NCBI GenBank assembly: GCA_963836235.1
Contig: CAWIIP010000002.1
Coordinates: forward strand, 1,120,001 to 1,184,000
Direction: 5' to 3'
Length of the DNA: 64,000 nucleotides
From: an uncultured Pseudomonadota bacterium
Lineage (GTDB): Bacteria > Oederibacteriota > Muellerivitia > Muellerivitales > Muellerivitaceae
Shown here: positions 1 through 10,724 of the stretch, one piece after another
Position numbering within the stretch: the stretch's first letter is position 1
How the letters are laid out: each line of letters opens with the position of its first letter
Notes under the pieces: model-generated
What the model saw: the letters and a program-made list of their open reading frames with translations, nothing else
Told to the model about the DNA's origin: nothing
The model's database searches: none
Position numbers and translations under genes: made by a program

Positions 1-128
1 GACTTGCCCGAATTCCATTGAAATTCGGGCGCTTCGAAACACCTTGAACGGCGAAAACAAGATGGAGTCTTTTTCTCCGCCCTGCTAGGATAAGTCCAGT
101 TTTCCTCTGACTATCGCAAGGAGCCTTT

Positions 129-806
129 ATGCGCCTTCAAACCTTTTTAGTCCTGGCCATCTCAACCCTCTTCCTGACGACAGGCCTATCCGCGACGACC
201 TTTAACGAGCTGACCATTGATCTGATTGAAGGAACGGTCATGGTCCAGCCCGTGGACGGCTCCAAACCCTATGCCATTGAAACCGGAAGCACGTTGCAAA
301 AAGGAGACACCATTTCCTGTTATGACAAAAGCTTGGTGATTTTAAAAACCCACCGGGGAGACCGAATCGGGCTGGACAGCAATACCAGCGTAAATATTGA
401 CGAATACTATTTGGAAGGCCCGGACCGCCAGATCCGTTTAGTCCTGCAGAAGGGAAATTTGTTGTTAAGAACCAACGGTTGCGGTTCCCGCCAAAGTTTT
501 TTTGAGATCAACTCGGGCTCGGTGGTGACCTCAATCGATGCGACCCACTCCATCCTCTCTTATGACCCTGCCAAGGAATCCCTCGTGGTGAAATACTTCA
601 CCGGGAAACTGTCCGTCATCGACAAGGATAATGAGCAAAAATTCAAAGTAGAGCATTCCGAAAACTCCTGGCAGGCCGGAAAAATGGCCAAGGAAGAGCC
701 GGATCCCGTGGATGAGGTGGATGTGGTCAATTTCAATAAATTCTTCAACGGTGAACCCCGCATTGCCCCGCCCAACAACGACTTTCTCCTCATGGGCAAC
801 GACTAA
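129..806 (+). CDS. Exported FecR-domain-like protein
   Basis: Signal peptide; 'IEGTVMV...LQKGDTI...RIGLDSNTSVNI...LVLQKGNL' matches the FecR beta-domain pattern. Confidence 0.65.
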   Translation: MRLQTFLVLAISTLFLTTGLSATTFNELTIDLIEGTVMVQPVDGSKPYAIETGSTLQKGDTISCYDKSLVILKTHRGDRIGLDSNTSVNIDEYYLEGPDRQIRLVLQKGNLLLRTNGCGSRQSFFEINSGSVVTSIDATHSILSYDPAKESLVVKYFTGKLSVIDKDNEQKFKVEHSENSWQAGKMAKEEPDPVDEVDVVNFNKFFNGEPRIAPPNNDFLLMGND

Positions 807-813
807 GCGGCCC

Positions 814-1002
814 ATGAGCGGCCCCACGGTCGAGTTTGAATGCCCCTACTGCGGTTACCCCAATTTTTCCCCGCTTGATCCCATTTCCGGGCTTCAACAA
901 TGGACCACCGACTGCGAAAATTGCTGCCGTCCAATCGCCCTCAGGGTGAGGGTCCAGGGCGGCGAGGTGGAGGAAATGGACGTGGAGAGGGAGCAGGACT
1001 AA
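814..1002 (+). CDS. CPXCG-motif cysteine-rich small protein
   Basis: ATG 814 in frame with ORF 712..1002; CPYCG ... DCENCCRPI. Confidence 0.8.
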   Translation: MSGPTVEFECPYCGYPNFSPLDPISGLQQWTTDCENCCRPIALRVRVQGGEVEEMDVEREQD

Positions 1003-1050
1003 CCGGGACTTTTGAATTTTAAGTTAGAACTCGCAATGAAATTCATCGCG

Positions 1051-1758
1051 TTAACGGGGTATGAACGGATCCCCGCCGGTATGGATGAGGTTCATAACCA
1101 CCTTCACCGCCATGAAGACGTAATAGAAGAGAAGCAAAAACCCGAAGAACCAGGTAATCCACTTTAAAGCCTTCCGGTTGAAAAGATTACGGCTGTAATG
1201 GACTCCCATCCCCAGGCAGGAAAACCAGATCAGTTCGCTCACCAGGATGGCCGAGAAAAAGGACGTGGCCGCCCCCCCGGCGATATCCAGGTTGGCGGGA
1301 ATCGGCATGGAGAGCTGGACCGTGCCCACCATCCCGATCCAATACATCAAGGTGAAGGGGTTGGTGGCCGCCAGCAGAAAACCCATGACAAAGGAATGGT
1401 CGATCCATTGGATCTGCCGGCGGACTTTGGGATGGACGATGGCATCCGGGTCATCCCGTATCTCCGTCAAGGTGGAATAGGCCAGGTAAAGCAGGAAGAT
1501 CGCGCAAAGTCCCCAGAGAATAATCTTCCAAACGCCGATAAACCCCACCTTCAACAAGCCCGCGTAAACCACCCAGGCGCAGAGCGCGTCCACCAGGGCC
1601 GCCCCCGCTCCAACCATGAAGGTTTGTTGGAACCCTCCCATGATGCCGCGGCGGATCGCTAGAAAATTGACGGGTCCAATAAGGGCCGCGGTGCAAAACC
1701 CGATGATGAGGCCCTGGGTAATGGCTTGGTAAATGAGCTTGAACATTTCAGGAGTCAT
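1051..1758 (-). CDS. LysE family translocator
   Basis: Hydrophobic; 'IGPVNFLAIRRG', 'GFLLAATNP' LysE motifs; start moved to MTPEMF. Confidence 0.8.
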   Translation of the reverse strand: MTPEMFKLIYQAITQGLIIGFCTAALIGPVNFLAIRRGIMGGFQQTFMVGAGAALVDALCAWVVYAGLLKVGFIGVWKIILWGLCAIFLLYLAYSTLTEIRDDPDAIVHPKVRRQIQWIDHSFVMGFLLAATNPFTLMYWIGMVGTVQLSMPIPANLDIAGGAATSFFSAILVSELIWFSCLGMGVHYSRNLFNRKALKWITWFFGFLLLFYYVFMAVKVVMNLIHTGGDPFIPR

Positions 1759-1892
1759 GGAGCGTATTTTACAGGAACCGCCCGGCGAATGGAGGTAAAA
1801 CTTCCTCCGGTCCTTTTTTGACAAACCTTCTTCCTATTGGCTTCCCTCTTTTGGTATTCTTTCCCACACCAGTCCAACCAAAGGGGTGCGAC

Positions 1893-2378
1893 ATGCCTGA
1901 AAAATCTCTCGTCAACATTTTAATGGGCAGCAAATCCGACTGGGAAGTGATGAAAAACGCTTCCGACACCTTGAATCAATTCGGCGTGGCCCATGAATCC
2001 AGGGTTCTTTCGGCCCATCGGACCCCTAAAGAAACTTCCGAGTATGTTTCCGGAGCCGAGGCCCGTGGCGTGGAAGTCGTCATTGCCGCCGCCGGTGGTG
2101 CCGCCCACTTGGCTGGTGTCTGCGCCGCCCATACCCTTCTACCCGTTTTGGGAGTTCCCATGGAAAGCAAGTTGAATGGGTTGGATTCCCTGCTCTCGAC
2201 CGCCCAGATGCCCGGTGGCATTCCCGTGGGGACCCTGGCGATCGGCAAAGCGGGCGCGGTGAACGCGGCCCTATTGGCCATTGCCATCATCGCCAACAAG
2301 GACCCCGAACTTCGCAAAAAGCTAAAGCAATTCCGCGCCGACCAGGCGGAAAAAATTCTTAAAGAAAAACTTTCGTAA
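1893..2378 (+). CDS. purE: N5-carboxyaminoimidazole ribonucleotide mutase
   Basis: 'ILMGSKSD', 'SAHRTP', 'AGGAAHLAG', 'QMPGGIPV'. Confidence 0.97.
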   Translation: MPEKSLVNILMGSKSDWEVMKNASDTLNQFGVAHESRVLSAHRTPKETSEYVSGAEARGVEVVIAAAGGAAHLAGVCAAHTLLPVLGVPMESKLNGLDSLLSTAQMPGGIPVGTLAIGKAGAVNAALLAIAIIANKDPELRKKLKQFRADQAEKILKEKLS

Positions 2379-2383
2379 ATTTT

Positions 2384-2487
2384 ACCGCCAAGGCGCTAAG
2401 ACCGCCAAGAAAGGCTTAAAAGACTCAGGGTTTCAGCCATTGTCTAATGTTTGAGATGTTCTTGGCGTACTTGGCGTCTTGGCGGTT
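2384..2487. repeat. Palindromic intergenic element with triple CCAAG-type arms
   Basis: Left arm accgccaaggcgctaagaccgccaagaa (2384-2411); right arm 2459-2487 is its reverse complement with 4 mismatches. Confidence 0.85.
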
Positions 2488-2505
2488 AATGATTTAGGTA
2501 TTTCA

Positions 2506-5334
2506 ATGTTCAAGGAAGAAACTAAACCTACCGATTCCACTCCGGCCGACACCAAGGCCGATAGTTATTCCCTGCCCTCCCTGGTTAACACTCTGGCGAC
2601 TACCCTTGGCAGTGTCATTTCCTACCAGGAAGGCGGCCAGGCTCTCGTGCAGGTGGAAAGAATCCGACACCTGGCCAAAACCCTTCGGGCCACTTCCGAC
2701 CCCAAGGTGGGCGAGGAACTGGCCCAAACCGTCTCCAAAATGCCCCTCGAAAAATTAAATCTCCTCACCAAAGCTTTTACCCACTATTTCGGCCTGATTA
2801 ACCTGGCCGAAAAGGTGGACCTGGTGCGATCTCTGAAACAACCTTACGAGGAAGCCGGAATCCCCCTGCCCCGCCCCGGTTCCGTTTCCTCGGCGGTGGC
2901 CATCCTGGAGGAACAGGGGGTTCTTCCCAAACGGCTTCAGGCACTGTTTGACCAGGGTCAAATCCAGCTGGTATTTACGGCCCATCCCACCGAGTCCAAA
3001 CGGCGGACCACTCTCACCAAACTCCACCGCATCTCCAAGGCCGCCACCCGGATGGTGGTGGAGAACCTGTCCCCGGACGAGAAATACGACATCTTGAAGT
3101 TCATCCTGGAGGAAGTGGTCGCGGTCTGGCAATCGGACGAGGTTCGACAGGTGAAATTAACGGTCCCCGATGAAGTCAAGGGCAACCTCTATTACTTTGA
3201 GGACACCCTGTCTCTTGTCATTCCCCAGGTCTACCACGAACTGGAGCGTTCCCTCAAAAAGGCGTTTCCGAAAACCTCCTGGAACGTGCCCCCCTTTCTT
3301 CGGTTCGGTTCCTGGATCGGCGGGGACCGCGACGGCAATCCCTTCGTGACCCCCGAGATTACCGTGGAAACCGTGCGGTTGCTTCGCGCGGCAGCCTTGA
3401 AGATACACCTCACCGCCCTTGGTGAACTCCGGCGCCGATTGAGCTCTTCCGAGCGGCAAACCCCCATCAGCCCCGAACTGACCGCCTCCATCGTCCGGGA
3501 CGCCCTGCTCTTCCCCGAATTGGCGGAAGATCTCTCCCACCACATTCCTTTCGAGCGTTATCGGGAAAAGTGCAATTACATTTATGAAAAACTGTCCCGC
3601 ACCCTCGCCCATACCCAGGCCTTTCCCCCCGATTGGAAAACGCCACCTCCTCCCCCGGCGCCGGGAACCTGGTACCCTTCGGCGGTTGAATTGGAGGCTG
3701 ACTTGCGCTTGATCGACGCGAGCCTCAGAGCCAACAAGGGAACCATCCTGGCGGACGGTTACTTGAGCCAGGTCATCCGCAACGTCCAAGTCTTTGGTTT
3801 CCGCTTGGCGAGCTTGGAAATCCGCCAGCATTCGGGCCGCCACACCTCCGCCCTCGCGGAAATTCTTAAAAAAGCGGGGGTCTGTGAGGATTATGTCGCG
3901 TTAAATGAGAATGAACGAACCCAGGTTCTGGAGAAAGAACTGGCCGGAGAAAGGCCCCTGGTTCCCGCTTCCTACGATTACAGCCCGGAAACCGTGGAAG
4001 TCCTCAAAACCTTCCAAGCCACGGCGGCCATCCAGGACCACTTGAATCCCAACGCCATCGACACTTACATCATTTCCATGACCCATGGCGTGTCGGATGT
4101 CTTGGCGGTACTTCTCTTCTTGAGGGAGACAGGCTTATACCACAAAGGCCAGTACAGCCATTTGAATATCGTTCCCCTCTTTGAAACCCGTGACGACCTG
4201 AAACGTTCCAGCGGCATCCTGGAAAGACTCTTGAAGAATGAATCTTACCGCGCCCACCTGAAACTGCGGGGGGACGTTCAGGAAATCATGCTGGGTTATA
4301 GCGACTCCAACAAGGAAAGCGGGTACCTCTCGGCCAATTGGGCCCTTTACCGGGCCCAAGGGGACCTCAACCGCCTGGCCGATTCCCACCAAATCGCCTT
4401 GAGGCTTTTCCACGGGCGCGGGGGAAGCATCGGCCGCGGCGGCGGTCCCACCGGGCAGGCCATCCTGGCCCAGCCGCCCGGAACGTTGAAGGGAAGGATC
4501 AAGATCACGGAGCAGGGCGAGGTCATCAGCGACCACTATGCCGATCCCCCCACCGCCCGTTGGCATTTGGAGCAGATCGTCAACGCGGTACTGAGGGGCT
4601 CCTTCCCCTCCCGGGAAGTAATGCCCAAGGCCGAATGGCGGCAGATCATGGACCGGCTGGCCAAGCGTTCCTTGGAAATTTACCGATCCCTGGTCTACGG
4701 TCATCCCCGTTTCAAGGAGTATTTCTATTCGGCCACGCCTATTCGGGAGATCAGCAACCATAGCCTAGGCAGCCGCCCGGCCCGGCGTACCCAGGATGAT
4801 TCCATCGAGAGCCTTCGGGCCATCCCTTGGGTTTTCGCCTGGATGCAGAGTCGGCATACCCTTCCAGGATGGTACGGCCTGGGCGGGGCCGTGGAGGAAT
4901 ACCTGAAGACCGACCCGAAGATATTGGCGACCCTCCAGGAGATGTATAACCAATGGCCCTTCTTCAAGACCGTGCTGGATAACGCCCAGATGATCCTGGC
5001 CAAGGCCGATATGGACATCGCGCGCCGTTACGCCGGATTAGTGCCGGACAAGGCGCTCGGTAGGGAAATTTTTGACATCATTAAGTCCGAACACGACCGA
5101 ACGGTTTCCATCATCTGCCAGATTGTCCAAGTCAAGGAGCTCTTAGAGAAGGACCCCGAACTTTATGAGTCCATCAAGCGCCGTAATCCCTATATCGATC
5201 CCTTGAGCTTCGTCCAGGTCGAACTCCTCAAGCGCGCCCGAAATAATCTTAATCCCCCGGATCAACAAAGCCTGGAAGACGCCATCTTGATGACCATCAA
5301 CGGCATCGCCGCGGGGCTGAAAAACACCGGTTAA
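2506..5334 (+). CDS. ppc: Phosphoenolpyruvate carboxylase
   Basis: 'VFTAHPTE', '[11 protein letters not shown]', 'MLGYSDSNK', '[14 protein letters not shown]', 'LRAIPWVF', C-terminal 'KNTG'; TTG start at 2479 lies inside the repeat so ATG 2506 preferred. Confidence 0.98.
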   Translation: MFKEETKPTDSTPADTKADSYSLPSLVNTLATTLGSVISYQEGGQALVQVERIRHLAKTLRATSDPKVGEELAQTVSKMPLEKLNLLTKAFTHYFGLINLAEKVDLVRSLKQPYEEAGIPLPRPGSVSSAVAILEEQGVLPKRLQALFDQGQIQLVFTAHPTESKRRTTLTKLHRISKAATRMVVENLSPDEKYDILKFILEEVVAVWQSDEVRQVKLTVPDEVKGNLYYFEDTLSLVIPQVYHELERSLKKAFPKTSWNVPPFLRFGSWIGGDRDGNPFVTPEITVETVRLLRAAALKIHLTALGELRRRLSSSERQTPISPELTASIVRDALLFPELAEDLSHHIPFERYREKCNYIYEKLSRTLAHTQAFPPDWKTPPPPPAPGTWYPSAVELEADLRLIDASLRANKGTILADGYLSQVIRNVQVFGFRLASLEIRQHSGRHTSALAEILKKAGVCEDYVALNENERTQVLEKELAGERPLVPASYDYSPETVEVLKTFQATAAIQDHLNPNAIDTYIISMTHGVSDVLAVLLFLRETGLYHKGQYSHLNIVPLFETRDDLKRSSGILERLLKNESYRAHLKLRGDVQEIMLGYSDSNKESGYLSANWALYRAQGDLNRLADSHQIALRLFHGRGGSIGRGGGPTGQAILAQPPGTLKGRIKITEQGEVISDHYADPPTARWHLEQIVNAVLRGSFPSREVMPKAEWRQIMDRLAKRSLEIYRSLVYGHPRFKEYFYSATPIREISNHSLGSRPARRTQDDSIESLRAIPWVFAWMQSRHTLPGWYGLGGAVEEYLKTDPKILATLQEMYNQWPFFKTVLDNAQMILAKADMDIARRYAGLVPDKALGREIFDIIKSEHDRTVSIICQIVQVKELLEKDPELYESIKRRNPYIDPLSFVQVELLKRARNNLNPPDQQSLEDAILMTINGIAAGLKNTG

Positions 5335-5434
5335 TCCCGCCTTTCTTCCTTTCCAAAATCATCATCAATATTCATCTTTATTTGATGCTACCTCTCATCA
5401 TATAATTTAACCTAAATTGATGCTAGGAGCGCCT

Positions 5435-5671
5435 ATGCGGACGACCATCACGATCCAAGATGAAATTCTTCAAGAACTCATGAAACACACGAACGCCAAA
5501 ACCCGCACCGAGGCGGTCAACAAGTCGCTGGCAGATTGGGTAAAGCGTTTGAAAACCGAAAAGTTAAGGTCCCTGCGGGGTAAATTCCCTATCGAGGATA
5601 ACTGGGAAAAGCTCAGGGCTCTCGAAATCCAAGAAACCCGGAGCGCCTACCATGCCAAGCGTTCTCGTTGA
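5435..5671 (+). CDS. vapB: VapB family antitoxin
   Basis: 'MRTTITIQDEIL...TRTEAVN' RHH-type VapB; overlaps a PIN toxin gene. Confidence 0.85.
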   Translation: MRTTITIQDEILQELMKHTNAKTRTEAVNKSLADWVKRLKTEKLRSLRGKFPIEDNWEKLRALEIQETRSAYHAKRSR

Positions 5672-6035
5672 CACTTCCGTCTGGGTGGATTTTTTCCGCC
5701 AAGGGGAAAGCCCGGCCAGCCAGGAATTGGACCACCTTCTGGAGGAACAAAAAGCCGTTCTTTGTGGTGTCGTGGAGTTGGAATTACTGCAGGGTGTCCG
5801 TCCCCACGACAAGGCCGGTTTGACCGAACTGCTTTCAGGGCTCCCCTTCATTGAAATCGAGCGGGACGACTTTCAGGAAGCGGGGGAACTGCTGGGGTCT
5901 TTAAGATCGAAGGGCCTTCAGGTTCCCGCCACCGACGGCCTTATCGCCGCGGTTTGCCTGCGGCAAAATCTTTCTCTTCTCACCTTGGATAAACATTTCA
6001 ATCACATCACTCATCTTAAAAAAATAAAGGTTTAG
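5652..6035 (+). CDS. vapC: VapC PIN-domain toxin
   Basis: 'VLVDTSVWVDF', 'ELLQG', 'TDGLIAA', 'LLTLDKHF'. Confidence 0.92.
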   Translation: MPSVLVDTSVWVDFFRQGESPASQELDHLLEEQKAVLCGVVELELLQGVRPHDKAGLTELLSGLPFIEIERDDFQEAGELLGSLRSKGLQVPATDGLIAAVCLRQNLSLLTLDKHFNHITHLKKIKV

Positions 6036-6043
6036 CGGGCCTT

Positions 6044-6985
6044 ATGAACGAAATCCAAAAAGCCGCTGAAATCATCCAGGAGGGCGGGCTGGTGGCTTTC
6101 CCCACCGAGACTGTCTATGGCCTCGGGGCCGACGCCCTCAACCCCTACGCGGTGGCTGAAATTTTTGAGGTGAAGAACCGCCCCCAATTCGATCCCTTGA
6201 TCGTGCATGTGGCGGATATGCGGCAGGCGGAAATCCTAGTCACCAAGTTTCCGGAAAAAGCTTTGAAGCTCATTGAGAAGTTCTGGCCCGGGCCCCTGAC
6301 CATCGTCTTGCCCAAGTCTTCTTTGGTGCCCGATATCGTAACTTCGTCCCTTCCCACGGTGGCCATCCGGGTGCCCAACCACCCCATAGCCCTGGAACTG
6401 ATCCGTGAATCGGGTCGGCCCATCGCCGCGCCCAGCGCCAACCCCTTCGGACAGGTCAGCCCGACCACGGCGGAACATGTGCGGCTTTCGTTGGGAAACA
6501 AGATTGGAATGATTTTAGACGGCGGGCCCTGCCGGATCGGCGTGGAGTCCACGGTCATTTCCTTTATAAACAAGGAACCCGTGCTCCTTCGACCAGGCGG
6601 TGCGCCTTTGGAGGAGATCCAGGCCCTGATCGGCCCGGTCCTGGTCCAGCCGAAGGCGCTGGGCGATCCCCAGGCTCCGGGACAATTGGAAAGCCACTAC
6701 GCTCCCCGCACGCCCCTGCTTTTGGGCGTCCCACTGGAATCCTTTCCAACTGGAAAGAAGATCGGGCTCCTGTCCCTGGGAAAACCCCTGGACCCCGCCC
6801 CTTTCGCCGCGATCGAGGTTTTGTCCGATCATGGCGATTTGAGGGAAGCGGCGGCGAATCTCTTCGCCGCCATGAGAAGGCTGGATGAGAAGAATTTGGA
6901 TGTCATATTCGCTTTCCCCGTTCCGGACCAAGGCCTAGGCCGCGCGATCAACGACCGCCTGGCCAAAGCCAGTATTAAAAGATAA
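6044..6985 (+). CDS. tsaC: L-threonylcarbamoyladenylate synthase (Sua5 type)
   Basis: 'VAFPTETVYGL', 'KNRPQFDPLIVH', 'APSAN', 'PGQLESHYAP', C-terminal SUA5 'AINDRL'. Confidence 0.95.
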   Translation: MNEIQKAAEIIQEGGLVAFPTETVYGLGADALNPYAVAEIFEVKNRPQFDPLIVHVADMRQAEILVTKFPEKALKLIEKFWPGPLTIVLPKSSLVPDIVTSSLPTVAIRVPNHPIALELIRESGRPIAAPSANPFGQVSPTTAEHVRLSLGNKIGMILDGGPCRIGVESTVISFINKEPVLLRPGGAPLEEIQALIGPVLVQPKALGDPQAPGQLESHYAPRTPLLLGVPLESFPTGKKIGLLSLGKPLDPAPFAAIEVLSDHGDLREAAANLFAAMRRLDEKNLDVIFAFPVPDQGLGRAINDRLAKASIKR

Positions 6986-6995
6986 AGACAATTTG

Positions 6996-7104
6996 AACCA
7001 CCAAGACACCAAGGGCACCAAGAACAACCAAGGCAAAGATGTTTAAAAAATGTTGTAACCCTTTTTTTTCTGCTTTTCTTAGTGCCCTTAGTGTCTTCGT
7101 GGTT
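6996..7104. repeat. Second palindromic intergenic element with triple CCAAG-type arms
   Basis: aaccaccaagacaccaagggcaccaagaa (6996-7024) versus ttcttagtgcccttagtgtcttcgtggtt (7076-7104), 3 mismatches as an inverted repeat. Confidence 0.85.
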
Positions 7105-7115
7105 AACAGGGTTTG

Positions 7116-7526
7116 TCAGGAAGCCGCCTGGTCCCTGGTTTCTTCCTCCACCGGCAATCCCAGCACCCGGCGAACCGCGCTTTTCAGGTCGGTGAGGCTC
7201 AAGGGCTTGTTGAGGAACAGACTCACGTTTAAACCCTTCTTGTCGAATTCTTCGACCAAGTTCACGTAGTAACCCGACACCACAATGATGGGCAAACGGG
7301 AATGTTTCTTGCGGATTTCGGGAAGGGCCTCCAGGGCGCTCATGCCCTCCAATTTCAAGTCGGTAATCAGCAGGTCATATTTGTTCTCCTCCAATTCGGC
7401 CATCATTTGGCCGCCGGCTTCCACCAGCACCACCTCATAACCTTCCTGTTGGAAGGACTTCTCATATAAGCGGCGTACCCCCGGATCATCTTCCGCGATG
7501 AGGATTTTAAAATCGTTGCGTTTCAT
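7116..7526 (-). CDS. Single-domain response regulator (receiver)
   Basis: 'ILIAEDD', 'DLLITD', 'IIVVSG', 'FLNKP'; RBS aaggag before ATG 7526. Confidence 0.9.
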   Translation of the reverse strand: MKRNDFKILIAEDDPGVRRLYEKSFQQEGYEVVLVEAGGQMMAELEENKYDLLITDLKLEGMSALEALPEIRKKHSRLPIIVVSGYYVNLVEEFDKKGLNVSLFLNKPLSLTDLKSAVRRVLGLPVEEETRDQAAS

Positions 7527-7756
7527 ATAGATCTCCTTGGATTTAATCATCAACGTCCTCACATAAGGCAATGGTCGTGCCAAAGAATCCCAGTGAAATA
7601 AGGCCCATCGCCCGGACCAAGGCCCTTGGATACACGACAAACTTACCCAGCCATGGAAACTTTTACCCAATTCCCTGGGCTAAAATCCCGGCTAATCCGC
7701 TAGGAAAAGGGGGTTCCTTTGTGTAGTCTTGGGAAATTCCAAACCAGGGAGCGCCC

Positions 7757-8728
7757 ATGAAATACCGTAAAATTGGCCAGTCCAGCATCGAAATTTCCGA
7801 GATCAGCCTGGGTTGTTGGACCCTCGGGGGATTGAACTGGGTGAATGGAAGCCCCAATGGCTGGGCCGACGTGGACGCGGTAGAAGTGAAAAAGGCCATC
7901 GACTACGCCCTGGACCAGGGCGTGAACCACTTCGATAACGCGGACGTTTACGGCAACGGCCGGGCGGAGCGCATGCTTTCCGAGATCCTGGGCGACCGAA
8001 CCAAGAAGCTGATCATCGCAACCAAAGTCGGTTGGTTCCCCGGTACCGCCGCCAGCGCCTATGAACCCGCCCATATCCGCCACCAATGCGAGCAGTCCCT
8101 CATCAATCTCAAACGGGATGTCATCGATATCTATTACTTCCACCACGGGGATTTTGGCCCCAACGCCCGCTATCTGGACGACGCCGTGGCGGTCATGCAC
8201 CAATTAAAAAAAGAGGGCAAAATCCGCCTCATCGGCCAGTCCGCCTATTCCAACGCGGACTTCGTGAAGCTAGTCCCTAAGGTCAAGCCCGACGTTCTGC
8301 AAAGCTGGGCCCATATCATGGACGACCAATTCATCCGCGAGGGTGCGCCGGTCCACAAGCTCCTCGTTGAGAAGAAAATGAGCTTCGTAGCCTTCTCGCC
8401 CCTGAACCAAGGCGTCCTTTTGGGCAAGTTCGATCCCAAGAACCCCCCCAAGTTCGACGAGGGCGACCACCGCAAAGGTGACCAGCGTTTCACCACCGAA
8501 TCCCTTTTGGCGGTCCAGCCCAAAATCGAAAAACTGAAATCCCGCTTCGGAAAAGACGTCAAGGATCTCTCCCGGGTGGCCCTGCAATATCTCTTGGCTA
8601 ATCCGGTTGTTTGCTGCGTGATCCCCGGCTTTAGGAATCTCAACCAGGTCCAGGTCAACCTCTCCGGCGAGGGAAAACCTCTGAGCCCGGAGGATGTCCA
8701 ATTTATAGGTGAAGTCTTCAAGTCTTAA
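7757..8728 (+). CDS. Aldo/keto reductase
   Basis: 'ISLGCW', 'FDNADVYGNG', 'IATKVG', 'IDIYYFH', 'FSPLNQGVL', 'VIPG'. Confidence 0.92.
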   Translation: MKYRKIGQSSIEISEISLGCWTLGGLNWVNGSPNGWADVDAVEVKKAIDYALDQGVNHFDNADVYGNGRAERMLSEILGDRTKKLIIATKVGWFPGTAASAYEPAHIRHQCEQSLINLKRDVIDIYYFHHGDFGPNARYLDDAVAVMHQLKKEGKIRLIGQSAYSNADFVKLVPKVKPDVLQSWAHIMDDQFIREGAPVHKLLVEKKMSFVAFSPLNQGVLLGKFDPKNPPKFDEGDHRKGDQRFTTESLLAVQPKIEKLKSRFGKDVKDLSRVALQYLLANPVVCCVIPGFRNLNQVQVNLSGEGKPLSPEDVQFIGEVFKS

Positions 8729-8745
8729 ATCATGAAAGGATAGCC

Positions 8746-10263
8746 ATGACACCCGAACAATCTTATGAGGACCTGTTGAAACGCATGAAGGAGATCGCCG
8801 TTCTGGGCAATACCGCCGGGGTTCTTGGCTGGGACCAGGAAGTCTATATGCCCGCCGCCAACGCCCCCTACCGGGCCGAACAGCTTTCGCTTTTGGCCGG
8901 CATGCTCCACCACAAATTCACCGACCCCGCCGTGGGAGATCTGATTTCCAGCGCCGAATCCTCCAAGGCCCTCACGTCCGACGCAGTCTCCGACAGCGCG
9001 GTGAATTTAAGGGAATGGCGCCATTCCTACGACCGTTCCACCAAACTGCCCCAGAAACTGGTGGAGGAAATGGCCCGGGTCACCTCCAACGCCCAGGTGG
9101 AATGGGTGGAAGCCCGCAAGGAAAACAAGTTTTCCAGGTTCCAGCCCTGGCTGGAAAAGATCATCGCCTTGGTGCAGGAACAGGCCAAGTGCTACGGCTA
9201 CAAAGACCACCCCTACGACGCCCTGCTGGAAGATTACGAACCCGGCCTGACCACCGCCAAGCTCAACCAGCTCTTCCCGCCCCTGAAAAAAAGCCTCTCC
9301 GAAATGGTGGCCAAGATCACCTCCTCCAAGAAACAACCTGATCTTTCGATCTTGAAACGCGCCTGCCCCGTCCCCCAGCAGGTGGCCTTTTGCCGCCAAT
9401 TGGCCGAGGCCATCGGCTTTGATTTCGCCAAGGGCCGCATCGACGTTTCCGCCCATCCCTTCACCACCGGCCTGGGGCCTTGGGACACCCGCATCACCAC
9501 CCGCTTCGAGGAAACCAACTTCGAGAACGCCTTCTTCAGCACCCTGCACGAGTCCGGCCACGGCATCTACGACCAGAACCTGCCCGCGGAAGACCATTAC
9601 GGCACCCCTCGCGCCTCGGCGGTGTCCTTAGGCATCCACGAATCCCAATCCCGCCTCTGGGAAAACCTGGTGGGCCGAAGCCTGGCCTTTTGGAAATACT
9701 TCTTCCCCGAGCTGAAAAAGTCCTTCCCCGGCACCTTCGACGACCTTTCGCTGGAGGCCTTTTATTTCGCCATCAACCACTCGGCCCCCTCCTTCATCCG
9801 CACCGAATCGGACGAGGTGACCTACAACCTGCATGTGGCCCTCCGCTATGACATCGAAACCGCGCTCATTTCGGGGAGCCTCAAGGCCGCGGACGTTCCC
9901 AAGGTCTGGAACGAGGCCGTGAAGCAGTACCTCGGCGTCACCCCACCCAACGACTCCCAAGGCTGTCTGCAGGACGTGCATTGGAGCCACGGAAGCTTCG
10001 GCTATTTCCCCACCTATACCCTGGGCAACCTCTATTCGGCCCAGTTCTTCGCCACCGCCGAAAAGGAAGCCGGACCCCTGGAAGGCAAATTCGAAAAGGG
10101 TGACTTTAAGCCCCTGAAGAAGTGGCTGAATGAGAAGATTCACGCCGAGGGCCAGCGCTACCGCGCCGGGGACCTGTGCAAGAAGGTGACGGAGCAGGAA
10201 TTAACCAGCGAGTTTTTCTTAAATTATCTCAACAAGAAATTCGGTGCCTTATATGGGTTTTAA
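8746..10263 (+). CDS. Carboxypeptidase, M32 family
   Basis: 'SAHPF', 'HESGH', 'HESQSR', 'QDVHW', 'GYFPTY'. Confidence 0.95.
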   Translation: MTPEQSYEDLLKRMKEIAVLGNTAGVLGWDQEVYMPAANAPYRAEQLSLLAGMLHHKFTDPAVGDLISSAESSKALTSDAVSDSAVNLREWRHSYDRSTKLPQKLVEEMARVTSNAQVEWVEARKENKFSRFQPWLEKIIALVQEQAKCYGYKDHPYDALLEDYEPGLTTAKLNQLFPPLKKSLSEMVAKITSSKKQPDLSILKRACPVPQQVAFCRQLAEAIGFDFAKGRIDVSAHPFTTGLGPWDTRITTRFEETNFENAFFSTLHESGHGIYDQNLPAEDHYGTPRASAVSLGIHESQSRLWENLVGRSLAFWKYFFPELKKSFPGTFDDLSLEAFYFAINHSAPSFIRTESDEVTYNLHVALRYDIETALISGSLKAADVPKVWNEAVKQYLGVTPPNDSQGCLQDVHWSHGSFGYFPTYTLGNLYSAQFFATAEKEAGPLEGKFEKGDFKPLKKWLNEKIHAEGQRYRAGDLCKKVTEQELTSEFFLNYLNKKFGALYGF

Positions 10264-10294
10264 AAAGTTATAATGGTTTTCAAGTGAGGAAGCC

Positions 10295-10615
10295 ATGACA
10301 GATAAATTAAATACCCTACTCCAAGAAACCCATAAGCTCCTAGGGGCTCTTTATGGAGGACGGTTATCCAAAATGCTCTTGTACGGATCACAGGCACGGG
10401 GTGACACAAACCCTTCCTCGGATATTGATTTAATGATTGTTTTGGAAGGTCCGGTCAACGCGGGAGAAGAGATTTCAAGGGTTGGGGAAATAACCTCAAA
10501 CCTTTCTTTAAAGCACAACGTTGCTATTTCCTGCGTTTTTATTTCCTCCGACCGTTACCTCAAGGAACAAAGCCCGTTGCTTTTGAACGTCCGTCGGGAA
10601 GGCGTGGCGGTTTGA
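10295..10615 (+). CDS. Minimal nucleotidyltransferase (MNT antitoxin-like)
   Basis: 'LYGSQARG...SDIDL'; ends 'NVRREGVAV'. Confidence 0.9.
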   Translation: MTDKLNTLLQETHKLLGALYGGRLSKMLLYGSQARGDTNPSSDIDLMIVLEGPVNAGEEISRVGEITSNLSLKHNVAISCVFISSDRYLKEQSPLLLNVRREGVAV

Positions 10616-10665
10616 CCTCGGAACAGAAGGCCTTGCTGCAGTTCGTATCCTTTTTTCTTATATAA
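10612..10665 (+). pseudogene. Truncated HEPN-like toxin 5' remnant
   Basis: TTG overlapping the MNT stop reads MTSEQKALLQ, then 7 unrelated codons and TAA. Confidence 0.55.
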
Positions 10666-10724
10666 CATTAGAACTTGGTTATCATGATGCATATTAGTAT
10701 TTAACCTTGTTAAAGGAAAAATTT

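Noticed and set aside
2503-5018. Long antisense and alternate-frame ORFs over ppc (likewise over M32, serS, res and the coupling protein)
   Set aside because: Shadow ORFs of GC-rich coding sequence with no recognisable motifs
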